A stretch of DNA of 64,000 bases from Octopus sinensis (taxonomy: Eukaryota), in NCBI RefSeq assembly GCF_006345805.1, contig NC_042997.1, positions 71,858,001-71,922,000 of the forward strand. Reading direction: 5' to 3'. Below, in pieces: positions 38,790-51,705 of the stretch. Under the pieces are notes generated by a model, which worked only from the letters and a program-made list of their open reading frames with translations, had not been told where the DNA came from and searched no databases. Position 1 is the first letter of the stretch; each line of letters starts with the position of its first letter. A program made the translations under genes and the position numbers.

Positions 38790-41655
38790 ATCTGAACTCT
38801 TATAATGAGCAGCGTATTAGTCGAGACGAAAGGTCGGTAGAGGTCCGTAAGAGTCGGTGTGTTACTTCCGCGTTGAATTCGCACAGAACCCGTAAGTTAG
38901 CGTAATGGTAGTTGTTCGAATTACTGTGTTGGTACTGCTACTAGAATGTGGTAGGGGTTCGATTCCCACAATATATCGGATACAGCTGTGCAGCGTTAAC
39001 CAGCTAGAGGAGACGTCTTCTTGGGGTTAAAAAATCGCAGTAATGTCCGCTGGACCGAAGAACAAGAGTGCTACAAAGATTGCTTAGTACAACGAAAAAC
39101 AAGAGTGCTGTGTGCCACGAACAATACTACCTAAGAGAAGTTGAATGGAGGAAAATTTTTTTCAAAGTTGGACCTCATCTGAAGCATATTTGCAGGTAAA
39201 AGTCGATGACGAATGTTCAAAATTATTGACCATAAATACCCATAAAGGGCTGTATAAATTTAATCGATTCCCTGTTGGTATAAAGGTAGCACCTTGTATT
39301 TTCCAACAAGTTATGGAGGGACATTATCCGCGCAGGTTCGGATTTCGCTGTAGCTTACCATACTCATAAAACGTGGATCTCGGGGTCAGCAAGCGGAGCA
39401 TGTTAAAAAGGTCTCAGAAAAATAAAAAAATTATGGGTTTAAGATCAGTGAGGAAATGTGTGACTTTTTTATGCCAAGAATAAAATATCTAGGGCAGATT
39501 ATTGATGAAAATGGATGCAGACCAGGCCCGTCTAGGGCGAGTGCAATAAAAAATATGCCTCTCCCGACAAACATTACAACGTTACAAGCATCTTTTGGGC
39601 TCTCAAATTACTATCAGGTATACATACCGAATATGCATTAAGAGCACTCCTGAATAACTTGTTAAAAAAAACATTAAGTGGAACTGGTCGGACAGATGCC
39701 TAAAAGCTTTTGAAGAAATTTAAAACATCAAAACGTCGGAATTGTCGTTATCACATTTTAACCCAAATTTAGAAATTGTAGTGGCTGCAGATGTTAGTGA
39801 AAGCGATTTTATACAAATATGCAGATGGTAGCCTGAAACCAGTAGCTCATGCTTCGCATTCATTATTGCCGGCTGAGAAAAGTTACAGTCATATAGAAAA
39901 AGTGAAATTAGCCATTATATTTGCGGATTAAACTTCGGAATTGTCATCATATTTTAACCCAAATTTAGAAATTGTAGTGGCTGCAGATGATAGTGAAAGT
40001 GGAACTGTATAAATTTCCGTCTGCAGGCAGACCACCGCCCATTTATCTATGGCTCAAAAACGGGTATCCCCACACATACAGCCAACAGATTGCAGCACTG
40101 GGGAACGATCCTACTGAATTATAACTTCAAAATGGAGATTTTGCCATCGAAAAAATTGGGACATGCAGATGGTTTGTCAAGGTTAATACCAAAATACAGT
40201 GAACCACTAGAAGACCCAGTGACAACGGCGTTAAAAGAAATATATTGCGAAATGTGCGTGAATTGCCTGTGACACTGGAGGAAATAAAAATTAAGGCAGA
40301 GACGGACGAGATCAGAAGAAACGAATAAAAAAATGCGTGTGGCTGGACTTAACACTGTCGAATTTGTATTCGATATGTGATAATGTGCTTATGTAGGCAC
40401 AGAAGGTCGTAATGCCTACATCACTACAATGTCGGATGGTAAAGAAATTCCACACTGGACATCCAGGAATTTGTACGATAAAGTTGCTTATGCAGAGTTA
40501 TGTTTACAGACCAAAAATGGATCTAGATATTGAGAAGTTGGTAAAATCCTGCAGAGGTTGTGCTCTGGCAACGAAATTACCACCTATAAAATTTCAACAT
40601 TGGCCCAGGACCGATATTTCATGTTCCAGACTTCACATAGGCTTCGCAAGACCGTTGAACCGATCATATTATCTAATTATGGTAGATAACTTTACAAAAT
40701 GGCCAGAAATGTGTAAATGTAGAAAACCGACATCCACAGTAACAGTGGAAAATCTACACGAACTTTTTGCTAGATATGGTGTTCCGGATACCATAGTCTA
40801 TGATAGCGGTACACAATTCACAAGGTCAAACGGGCAAGCGAAAAGGTTCATGGATACATCTAAAAGAGCATTAAAGAAATCAAGAAACGAGCTAGTCGAT
40901 GATACAGCATTGACACAATTCTTAAGGGATTATAGGATAACACCAAACCCAAACACTTTTTCAGGCAAGTCGTCGGTGGAATTGATGTTTGGTCGAAAAA
41001 TAAAGTCAGTTTTCGACAAGCTGTTACCGGTAACAAGAACAAATAGAGAAAATACTAAAATACGACAAAGCATTTTAATATCGGTGACAAGGTGTTTTTC
41101 AGAATATATAAAAATGGAACATAAGGTTGCGAAGACGCAGCAGTAACAAAAAGAATGCGCAAAGTGACATGTATGATAAGAGGCGAAAAATGGAAACGCA
41201 AAAGACATTTAAATCAGCTAAAAATAGACACAGAAAAAAGAAAAGAGATACCCATGGAAGTGTTCCATGACACCTTTGATGTTCCAAAGTCAGAAGAAAG
41301 TGAACCTAGGCGTAGCAGCACAAGAAGGTGGAAACAAACACAACAGTTGGAAGTAGTGCATAAACGGAAGAAATATTAAACTTCCTTGGAAGAAAATCAA
41401 GGGAGATATGATAAAAGAAAAAAAAATAAATGAAAATAATAATAAAAGAGAGAGATGTTATAGCGAGAGTCATTGGAGGATTGGTAGAATGGACTAGCCG
41501 AACTCTTATAAAGAGTAGCGTGTTGGTTGAGACGAGAGGTCGGCAAGAGTCGTTGAAAGGGTGTTTGGAGTCTCGCGAAGTACGTCATGTGAACACATTG
41601 TTTTAACCTCCACTGCATTAAATCATATATCCAACGTTTGTCAAGGATATAATAT
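38790..41655 (+). mobile_element. Gypsy-type LTR retrotransposon relic (RT, RNase H, integrase; gag/protease deleted)
   Basis: RT: SEAYLQV...TINTHKGLYKFNRFPVGIKVAP and YLGQII. RNase H: GHADGLSRL. Integrase: HTGHPG..C..C, VDNFTKWPE, FARYGVPDTIV. A purine tract precedes an LTR starting TG at ~41457, and 38791-38860 resembles 41500-41555. Confidence 0.88.
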
Positions 41656-41718
41656 ATATGCTTAAATACACTTACATATGTATATATATATATATATATA
41701 TAATATATATATATAATA

Positions 41719-42222
41719 TATACATACATGAGAACTATATCGGGAATGAATCATCTAATGAGACACAAAGCTGTTACATTCATTTTAAAATGAATATAAC
41801 TTTTATGGCTCTTCCATGATGTAGCTGCTTTAGTTTAATACAGGTTCTCAGATCAAACTGCTTGCCAGATAAGTAAGGACCAAAAACACGCCTGTGCGCT
41901 TGTGCGCATATTTGTACGTGTGTGTTATTTGGATACATGCGTGTATGTGGATATTTATTTGTGTATGTACGTTACATGTATTACATAGATAATAATATGT
42001 ATATATCTTTATATGTATTAAAAATACACACAGAGCATATGCAGACATATAAATATGTATGAGTATGTATACAGATATGTATATATATATTAATAGATTT
42101 AATCACACATGCATAATCATACACATTCGTATATAGAGATAGATAAACAGATGTATGTACATACATCTGTATTTACACACACACACATACACATATACTT
42201 ATACATACATACACACGCACAT

Positions 42223-42258
<36 letters not shown>

Positions 42259-42328
42259 GTATATATATATACATATACATATATATATATGTGTGTGTGT
42301 GGTGTGTGTGTGTGTGTGTGTGTGTGTG

Positions 42329-42414
<86 letters not shown>

Positions 42415-42434
42415 CATATATATATACATATATA

Positions 42435-42479
<45 letters not shown>

Positions 42480-42971
42480 CATGAGAACTATATCGGGAAT
42501 GAATCATCTAATGAGACACAAAGCTGTTACATTCATTTTAAAATGAATATAACTTTTATGGCTCTTCCATGATGTAGCTGCTTTAGTTTATACAGGTTCT
42601 CAGATCAAACTGCTTGCCAGATAAGTAAGGACCAAAAACACGCCTGTGCGCTTGTGCGCATATTTGTACGTGTGTGTTATTTGGATACATGCGTGTATGT
42701 GGATATTTATTTGTGTATGTACGTTACATGTATTACATAGATAATAATATGTATATATCTTTATATGTATTAAAAATACACACAGAGCATATGCAGACAT
42801 ATAAATATGTATGAGTATGTATACAGATATGTATATATATATTAATAGATTTAATCACACATGCATAATCATACACATTCGTATATAGAGATAGATAAAC
42901 AGATGTATGTACATACATCTGTATTTACACACACACACATACACATATACTTATACATACATACACACGCA
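41719..42971. repeat. Near-identical ~500 bp direct duplication (period 752-753 bp)
   Basis: 41719-42220 recurs at 42472-42971 with one 1-bp indel; the ORF track gives identical peptides. Confidence 0.95.
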
Positions 42972-43016
42972 CTCAGAACACATATATGGTCATATATGTA
43001 CCTATATATATATATA

Positions 43017-43119
<103 letters not shown>

Positions 43120-43617
43120 TATATATATATATATATATGTATATACATATATATATACATATATATATATGTGTGTGTGTGTGCGCGCGCGCGTATGTGT
43201 GTATTTTTCTTTCATTACATTGAAAAGTAGATTGTTGACCTAGTTAGATAAAAAAACAAGATAACGACAGAAAAAAAAAATTTAAGATATGTATGTATGT
43301 GAAGATGTTTGTAGAGGGTAGCCGGTTAAGTATACCTCTGAAAGAAGAAATTTGAAGGAAAAGAAAAGGTGGTATTGTTGGGGGTTAATAACAAAAGGCA
43401 TACAGAGAAAGCAAATTAAGAAAATAGTGAAGTGTGACTTGAGTAATAGAGAAAATGAAAATAACGTAGAATGTTAGAGCACAAAAGAGTGCAAATTTTA
43501 TATTATCTATATACCATACTCATGTATCGAATTAAGGATCTCTCTCTACACTGTCACAATGTGTGTTTGTGTGCGTATGTGTGTGTATGTGTGTAAGTTT
43601 GCGTGTATGTGTGTATG

Positions 43618-43675
<58 letters not shown>

Positions 43676-43784
43676 CATATATATATACATATATATACAT
43701 ATATATATACATACATATATATGTATGTGTGTGTGTGTGTATGCGTACGTCTGTATACATATGTATATACATACACACGCACAT

Positions 43785-43961
<177 letters not shown>

Positions 43962-44000
43962 CACATATATATATTTCGCACACATATATATATGCTATAA

Positions 44001-44185
44001 TAGGCGCATGCGTAGCTGTGTGGTTGGAAGCTTGCTTCCGTACGAGATGTTTCGGCCAATGAGGGCGATGGATTAAATACTCGGCTAAAAAAAAAGTTGT
44101 CTACTCGACTCATTCAACTAAATAACATTCAAACGATGCCCCGATATGGCCGCAGTTTAATGACAGAAACAAGTAAAATATAAAA
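44001..44185 (+). mobile_element. SINE family 1, internally deleted
   Basis: Head TAGGCGCATGCGTAGCTGTGTGG and tail ATGGCCGCAGTTTAATGACAGAAACAAGTAAAA. Confidence 0.65.
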
Positions 44186-45474
44186 TATATGAGTATGCGT
44201 GTATGTGCATTATATACTTATGTATACATGTGTGTATATATATATATGTGAGTGTGAGAGAGGGGGGAGATACGTATGCATCTATGTATGTGTGTATAGT
44301 CTTATCAGTCTAGCTATCAGTATATGTATATTTCGGTAATTCTCTAGTCTAGTGAACATAGAAACCAGATAGATAAGCTACGAAGAAGTGTCAGTGAGTT
44401 GGTGGAGGAAAACATAGACGTTAAGCTCGTGAAGGAAAATAGTAAAGGATTAACAGGAAGTCGCGACGATAATACTTCGTAGTGGAGTGAGGGATGCGTG
44501 TTTTATAAGCTCTATTTCAATCGTGAGTGTAGAGGGTTATGTGAGAAGCCGAAGTATTCCAAGTAAAATGGCAAATGTGAAAATCATAGAACAAATTGAA
44601 GGACGTACGTAAAGGTTGTTCAAAGAAAACAAGTTAAGAAAGTACTTTTGTGAGGAAGAATGTAACAATAGAGAAACGTTTATAGATACGGAACATTGAC
44701 GAAGAGTAATACGGAGCTGGCTTGGATTGCTTGATAGATACAGAGATACATAAATAGATAGATAGGCTTGTAAATATACAAGTAGATAATAAATTTCTCA
44801 CTCGTATCCCGTGAAGATTTCATTATTTAAAGAAAGACTGCTTGACATCCAGATTGAAGATGATGACAGATAGAAATCTTCCAGTTAGCCTTCAATATGA
44901 ATAATTTCACGAGTTGGACCCTATTGGGGGACAGAACCTCACTCTAGGAGTCTTAAAAATATAAAACAAGAAATAATAACGATAATCAAGGAAGATAATA
45001 TCTTTATAAGATAAAGAGAATGCAGTTAGCTGTACATGTTACTTTAAAGTGATAGCAATAGAGATGTGCCGTTATTATTAAATCTCCTCAGAGAGGCGCA
45101 CTCATCTCAGTTGACATGACGAAGAAGTGTACACATAGAAATAGAGAGAATATGGTGACGTTGGCCTTAACTATAAGCATCAATGCTGAGTGAGCATGTA
45201 GAACACTTTGTCCTGAGATAGTTTTCTCTCAGTTCAGGGGTTGACAATTTCGTTAGTGCGTCGGACAAGAAACCTTGCGATAGTGTTTCCGGTTCTCTGC
45301 ACAGGCTCGTCTTAGCAGCATTACAGATTTCTGGAGAACTCAATGCACTGGGTCCTTTAGCATTTATCGAAAACAAGTCACTTCATACATAGACCAAATA
45401 GGGACTTTAGCCCCGAGAGGACCCCAGTCAACGGCCTAATCCTCCCATGCTTTGAAACAGCACTGTCTCAACGA

Positions 45475-45620
45475 CCTGAGTTCAAATTCCACCAAGGTCA
45501 CCTTTAGTTGCAATCTTTCCGAGGTCAATAAAATGAGAACCAGTTAAGCACTGGGGGTCGATATAATCGATTATCCCTGTCCCTTTAAATTTGATAGTCT
45601 TGTGTCAAAATTAAGAAGAA
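45475..45620 (+). mobile_element. SINE family 2, 5'-truncated
   Basis: Matches 22430-22580. Confidence 0.7.
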
Positions 45621-45624
45621 TTAA

Positions 45625-46110
45625 AGCACCAAGACAGAAACAAATACACGAAGAGAAACAAAAATCAACTCGTACAACTTTCTAGAGAACCTGAACGCCT
45701 CATCAGCTTCAGAGCCGTTCGCAAGAGCAACAGCGAACTGATGCAGGAAGTAGGGAAAAAGACAAATATTCATACAAAAGGAGTAGGGTTCGACGAACTT
45801 TTGTTAAAAACTCCCCATAACAGACAGCTGATAAAAACTGATACAAACTGGAACGTAAAAAAAGACATTGGGCCTTTTAGGCTAAAGCCGGATACAAGGA
45901 CTTTAGGAAGATCCTTCATTAATGATAATGCGTCAGACGAGGCAGCTGAATCAGCCGACCCTCTGTAAATACATTTTGTTTCTCCTATAAACATGGTCGT
46001 TTTCAGAGTAGGGTGTGTGCCTGGGATCAGCTTGGAAGCAAGATCACTTGCTAAACGACCTCAGGTCGCTCGATTTAGATGTGGCTGCAGTTAGCGAAAC
46101 AAGGATTTCT
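45625..46110 (+). mobile_element. L1/Tx1-like LINE fragment: end of ORF1 and start of ORF2 AP endonuclease
   Basis: ORF 45741-45968 stops, then ATG at 45993 gives MVVFRVG...LGSAWKQDHLLNDLRSLDLDVAAVSETR (APE motifs I-II, one frameshift). Confidence 0.6.
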
Positions 46111-46974
46111 AGTTACGTACTGAGGTCGATCTAATCGACTGGCCCTCTACCCCAAAATTTCGGGCCTTGTGCCTAGAGTAGAAAAGATTATTTTCATCAT
46201 ATATATATACACGCACACATAATAATATTTTACTTACTTTTCTGCCATATATCGGGAGAGAGAATTTTAAAGTTTACTCATAGTTTAAAGTTTAGGATAC
46301 ACGTCTTCGAATAAAGAAAATGATAACAATAAAATGTGTAAGAACAGAAACAACTACTAAGTTCTGTTGCTAACATGCCGCTGGGGCCAGCTGGGAGGTA
46401 TAAGAACAATGAGATGATGATGGTGTTGAGAAGGAGAAAGAGGAGTACGACGACAATGAGAATGGATTTTTAAAGTTAAAATCCGAGCTAGTGTGTCATC
46501 TAATGAACGTGAGAAGTCGGACAGCCGAAGAATAATGAGGAAAACAAATGGAAACACTCCAAATGATTTGCAACCTAAGCTATGATCATTATGTATGGTG
46601 GGTGGGCGATGCTCGGAATTTGAGCAGAGAGGGGGGTGGGGAGACAAGGGGAGAAAGAGAGAGACCTTCACATCAAAGCTTCCAAGGGAGAAAAGCGTAA
46701 TCTTTAGTTTTATGTATACAAACACGCTCGCACGCACGCACGTACGCACACACAGACACCCCCCCCCTCACACACACACATTACTCCTGTGTCTTAGGGA
46801 GGAATAGGGCATATCTTAAAATTTGTTATATTACATTTGCCAACGTTCGCACCCACGCCTCTACTAAAATATGTAAATGTATTTGATTGTCTGTGTGTGC
46901 ATACACACACACAAATATATGCATACATATATTTATACATACATATATAAGCATTTATACACACACACACACAT

Positions 46975-47007
<33 letters not shown>

Positions 47008-47179
47008 CTTCTGTGTGAGTTAGAGGTTGGGAAACCAACTAAGGGATAGTTCATGTCCAATATACTGCTGGTATTGTGCCCAGTTATTCATACCCAAGTG
47101 TCGGTTATAGCTTGGCAATCTCGCAATTGAGTGTTATATATGGGCGGGGGTAAAAAGTAGTTTACCCTTAATTTATACG

Positions 47180-48422
47180 GCAAATAAGAAAATGGAGAAG
47201 ATACAAAAAAGACATACATCAGCTGGTAGACATTCTAGTATGTCTATTCCAAAGTATTAGAAAGTATCAAAAGAATACATATACATATAATAAATATGTG
47301 TTACACACACATGTACTAATATTACAGAAAAGAGTAGAAAAGAACAAAAGACCAGAGTGTCAGAAGGTAATAAGTTCCGTAAGGCCTGTTCTGCCAAGAG
47401 GCAAAGAAATCCTCCATGCCATCTCCAAACACTTGTTTTGGTTTGTTTTGTTTTGTCTTGTTTTGTTTTAACGGTTAACCATCAGCAAACCGGAACCACG
47501 TGATGGCTTTCAAAACAATAGCTGACCAATTAGGTTATAGGACCGACTTTGACCCCTACCCCGCTACACACAGTGATTCCGGGACTTGTTGATCGGCAAA
47601 ATATAACGAACACTAACACCGCACTTTGATCCCACCTGGTTCCTTACTCTCATTACTACACTCATATACCAAATTTTTCCATAATGGGTTCATCATCATA
47701 GGCTGCTTATGCCATACCATCTGCAACGTTGCACCTACTAACTGGCACTTTACATATAAACTTTCACCTCCGTAACACGGACCATACCTTCAAATTCACC
47801 ACTGTATTTCTATGTAAACATAATATGAGTTTCTATGTAGACATAATGCGAACTACTGCCTAAATTCACCCTTCTTGAAAAAACTCCTCCTGAGAACGAC
47901 TATATTCACCTATCCACAATTGGACGAAATAACATGGATCTTGGAATACATCACGGGACGTCTGTAGCTTATTCCCCTTCCTACACCCAAATAATTTCAA
48001 TAAGCTGTGCTTCACTAACATCCGCATGTTTGCTCCTATTCCTTTCTGACCTTTTTAAAAAAGTCAAACAGACTGTACCTATTGTTAACTGTTTCTTATA
48101 TGTATTAACCATCCCAACCACTTAGAACCCTCTGAAGAAACCTAGAGGCACATTCATCATCCAAACACTATCTGCCTATCCCTACAGAACACTGAGGAGA
48201 TGGAGATGGCATGAAGGATTTCGTTGCCTCTTGGCAGAAAAGGCCGTAAGGAACTTAGGACATTCTGACAATCTGATATTATGCTCTTTTGTGTAAAACT
48301 AGCACATGTGTGTGCAACACATAGTTATTACATGTGTATGTATTCTTCTAATACTTTGGAATAAATAGGCATACTAGAATGTCTACCAGCTGATGTATGT
48401 ATCCTCTCCATTTTCTTATTTG

Positions 48423-48423
<1 letters not shown>
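47180..48423. mobile_element. Penelope-like 3' region with diverged ~240 bp inverted pLTR-like arms and a hammerhead-like motif (48129-48251)
   Basis: 47180-47427 is inverted at 48200-48423; ends in (TA)n. Confidence 0.55.
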
Positions 48424-48464
<41 letters not shown>

Positions 48465-48469
48465 TATAT

Positions 48470-48680
48470 ATAAATTAAATTAGAAATAAAACCACTATTA
48501 GGCAACTCAAACAGTGATAGACATAAACCAAAACGTAAAAAAACAAAAAAATAAATATAATTAATAAATATAATAGTGGTTTTATCTCTAATTTAATTTA
48601 TATTTATACTGTGAAATTTGATTTAATCCTAAATCTAATTTTTCCCTGTAAGTTTGGATATACTCCCGAATATTATATAT

Positions 48681-48756
<76 letters not shown>

Positions 48757-48890
48757 TTAAAGCAATGAGGAAAGTTAAGTAGTTAGTCAAGACAGGACAA
48801 GGACATTTGATTTCATTTAATTCAATCTAAAAATCTTGTCCTGCCTTGACTAATTGCTTGCCATTCCTCACTACTTTAATGCATAGCTAC
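48470..48890. repeat. Two short fold-back modules embedded in (TA)n
   Basis: TAAATTAAATTAGAAATAAAACCACTATTA is inverted at ~48571-48600, and 48757-48800 is inverted at ~48834-48880. Confidence 0.6.
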
Positions 48891-49042
48891 TGACTCAAAG
48901 GGAAGTCACCATTAGCCGTTTTTGGAATAAGAATGTCACACAACCACAACTTCAACCACTGTTCTAACTGGTGGGACACTTATTTGAGCACTCAGAACGC
49001 ATACCTATTTGTTTGAGTCATCTTGACCTAAACTCTTCATAT

Positions 49043-49077
<35 letters not shown>

Positions 49078-49644
49078 TCTAAGTATTAGAGGTAAATATA
49101 CATTTATCTAACCTCTTCCATAGGGTTGCGATCGTTTCGCAACCTTCTTCATGTATAATTAATTTTTCAGTATGCAAAAAATTATGCATACATGTTTGCA
49201 TAAATAAGTATGAGCATGTTTGCATTAATATGCTGAGCCTTATACAATTGTACATTCACAATTCAACTCTAAATATACACCAACAATTTCTTCTTAATTT
49301 ATACAATGTATGGAAGGCCGAAACCAGATAAAATTAGGTTGATTTGGTCAGTAAAAAAATAAAATATATTTATTGCTACAAATCAAATGATTTAAAATGC
49401 GAAACAGAATTTAAGGAATTGACACGAAGGAATAAGAAGAGGAAGTCAAAAGAGATAAAACGATAACCGAGACGAAGTATATAAAAATGAATTTTCAGCC
49501 AAAATAATTATATAGATGGGTAAGTGTGGAAAGAAGCATTTGAAGATTTAATGATTCCATAGAAATGATGGATGAATGGGAGATCAAATAAAACCAAGAA
49601 ATAGGTCAACAACAATGCATTGATATATATATATATATATATAT

Positions 49645-51496
49645 TAGGGTCGGGAATTTTTCACAACCTAATAACCCTATATTGTAATTCGATGAATAAT
49701 TTTAGAAAAGTCAGGAAACTAACATTTATCTTGCTATATTTGAAAAAAAACATCACCTCAACTTAGGAAATCGATTTCCACTTTTTACCCAGATCGAGCA
49801 AAATTTTAGTGGGTGGGGGTTCATAACGCCTGCTCAAGTTTTTATCAAACTTGTACTGACTCAATGCAATGCAGAAACAGTATGTCTGAAATTTCAGCTT
49901 TTTAGTTGAAGTAGTTTCGGAGTTATGGGCTTTAAAAAATATAATCACTAGATGGAACTAGATTCACACTTCAGCATTTCCGCTGCCTTGTAAACGAAAG
50001 AGAGATGAGGAATAAAAGTGTATTTATACATTTTTAAGTTAATGAATTGAAACTGTTCTATGCAAAGGTTCAAAACCAAGATATTTTAAGACAGATGCCA
50101 CTACGAGCATTCGATAATATACAAAATTAAAACAATACATATTTTTAACTTTAGGCTTAATTCCAATTTTACATAACTGTATAAGAAAAAGGGTTCTAAA
50201 TGTTAGCAAGTTTTTAAACATAACAAAGAATTAATGTTTTGTTAGATAAAATAAATCGAAGCTGAAGTTTCTTATTTTTACAAACATAAAGATCTTGAAG
50301 GCACTTGATTGCTCGTTCTGCACTCTGATTTGCTCTGGAGATTTCAAGTTTTAATGGTTATCGACTACAAAAGTTTTTACAGAGTTCAATGCTTTTTTAT
50401 GAACTTGCAGGCTACCACATAACTTCTGATAATCATGTGCATTGAGCATTTGGTCAGTAAACCAAAAATCTGCCCAGCTGTACGAGATGAATCGACAAAC
50501 ATTGAGAAACAAAACTCTTTTCTCTGGTAGAAGAATAAATGCCAAAAGAGCTAGTATTGCTCGAGAATTCCATCTTGTATTAATTAATTTGGGTATTTTT
50601 TGAAACTTTACAGTAGGAAATTTTCCAGTTTCTTCAAAGTAACGAAAAACTCTGATCAAATGAAATAGAAATTTCCTCTCGCCGTCCTGCTGATTCAGTA
50701 ATCTTTTCTTCACTATTGTTGAAATTAGCCTGGGGTTTCTCTTAATTACTTAGAGGAGCTGGGATGTTTTTCCTTTGTGATGTCAAAAATTCCTTTCAAT
50801 GAATCGTATTTTCCTCCTTTTACATATTTGTCGTAGGTATTCATCACCTTTTCTACTTTTGCTTGTACATTTTAAATTGATAAATATGGGAAATTTAATT
50901 TTTTGCCATAAAAAAGGTACTTCGTTCGGAATTTCTTTTGTTCTTTCTTTCCTTCTTTTGATGGTACCTCCAAGGAAGAAGTAGCAATCGACAATTAAGT
51001 TTTATTGGTATTCTACAGTTGTTTTCCAAAGAATGCTCTTCTAGAGGAACACGTCTTCTTTTCCTCAGTGAGTTTTGAAATTGCACGATATTCTTCGTCT
51101 AGATTTTTTTTTCTTTGAGGAACACATGCACTTCTCTTATGAGAAATTATTTTTGATACTGTAGTTGAATAAGCGTACTATTATGAAAGGCAGTTAATAT
51201 AGGCAAAGTTTTTAGCGCCACAGAAATAACAAACAGAGGAAGAGGATATTTCCTAAAGTAGGGCCTAAGCGGTAACAAATTAAAACCTATATAACTCCTA
51301 AACTACTTAAACTTGAAAGCTGAAAATTGAGATATACTGCTTCTGCATTGCATTAAGTCAGCACACCATGTTTGGTAAAAACTTGAGTAAGCATTATGAA
51401 TCCCCCTAGAATTTTGCATTGGGTCAAAAGCGGTGTTAGGTTTCTTTAGTTGGCGGTGCCGTTTTTTTTAACTAAAAATAAAGGTTATTTTCCCTA
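49645..51496 (-). mobile_element. hATm-like DNA transposon relic
   Basis: TAGGG...CCCTA termini and ~140 bp subterminal inverted repeats (49785-49935 vs 51280-51430). Transposase remnants IPKLINTRWNSRAI, VCRFISYSWADFWF and RANQSAERAIK. Confidence 0.6.
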
Positions 51497-51558
51497 CATA
51501 CATACACACACACACATACGCACGCATACATACATACATACATACATACATACATACA

Positions 51559-51592
<34 letters not shown>

Positions 51593-51705
51593 CATACTTA
51601 CATACATACATGCATACATACATACATGCATACATACAAACATACATTCATACATACATACATACATACTACATACACATACATACATGCATACATACAT
51701 ACATA

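Noticed and set aside
45675-45712. CTGATGA...GAAA on the minus strand
   Set aside because: No stem II or stem I pairing; lies within LINE-like coding sequence
46238-46700. Candidate first exon of the ADAMTS-like gene (minus strand, ATGGCAGAAAA|GTAAGT)
   Set aside because: Phase 2 donor does not match the phase 0 exon at 32100 (gives an immediate stop); unsupported without transcripts
49120-49160. Hairpin GGTTGCGA-TCGTT-TCGCAACC with TGAAGA..GAAA on the minus strand
   Set aside because: Core lacks the C3 and UH positions and has no stem II; too degenerate to call
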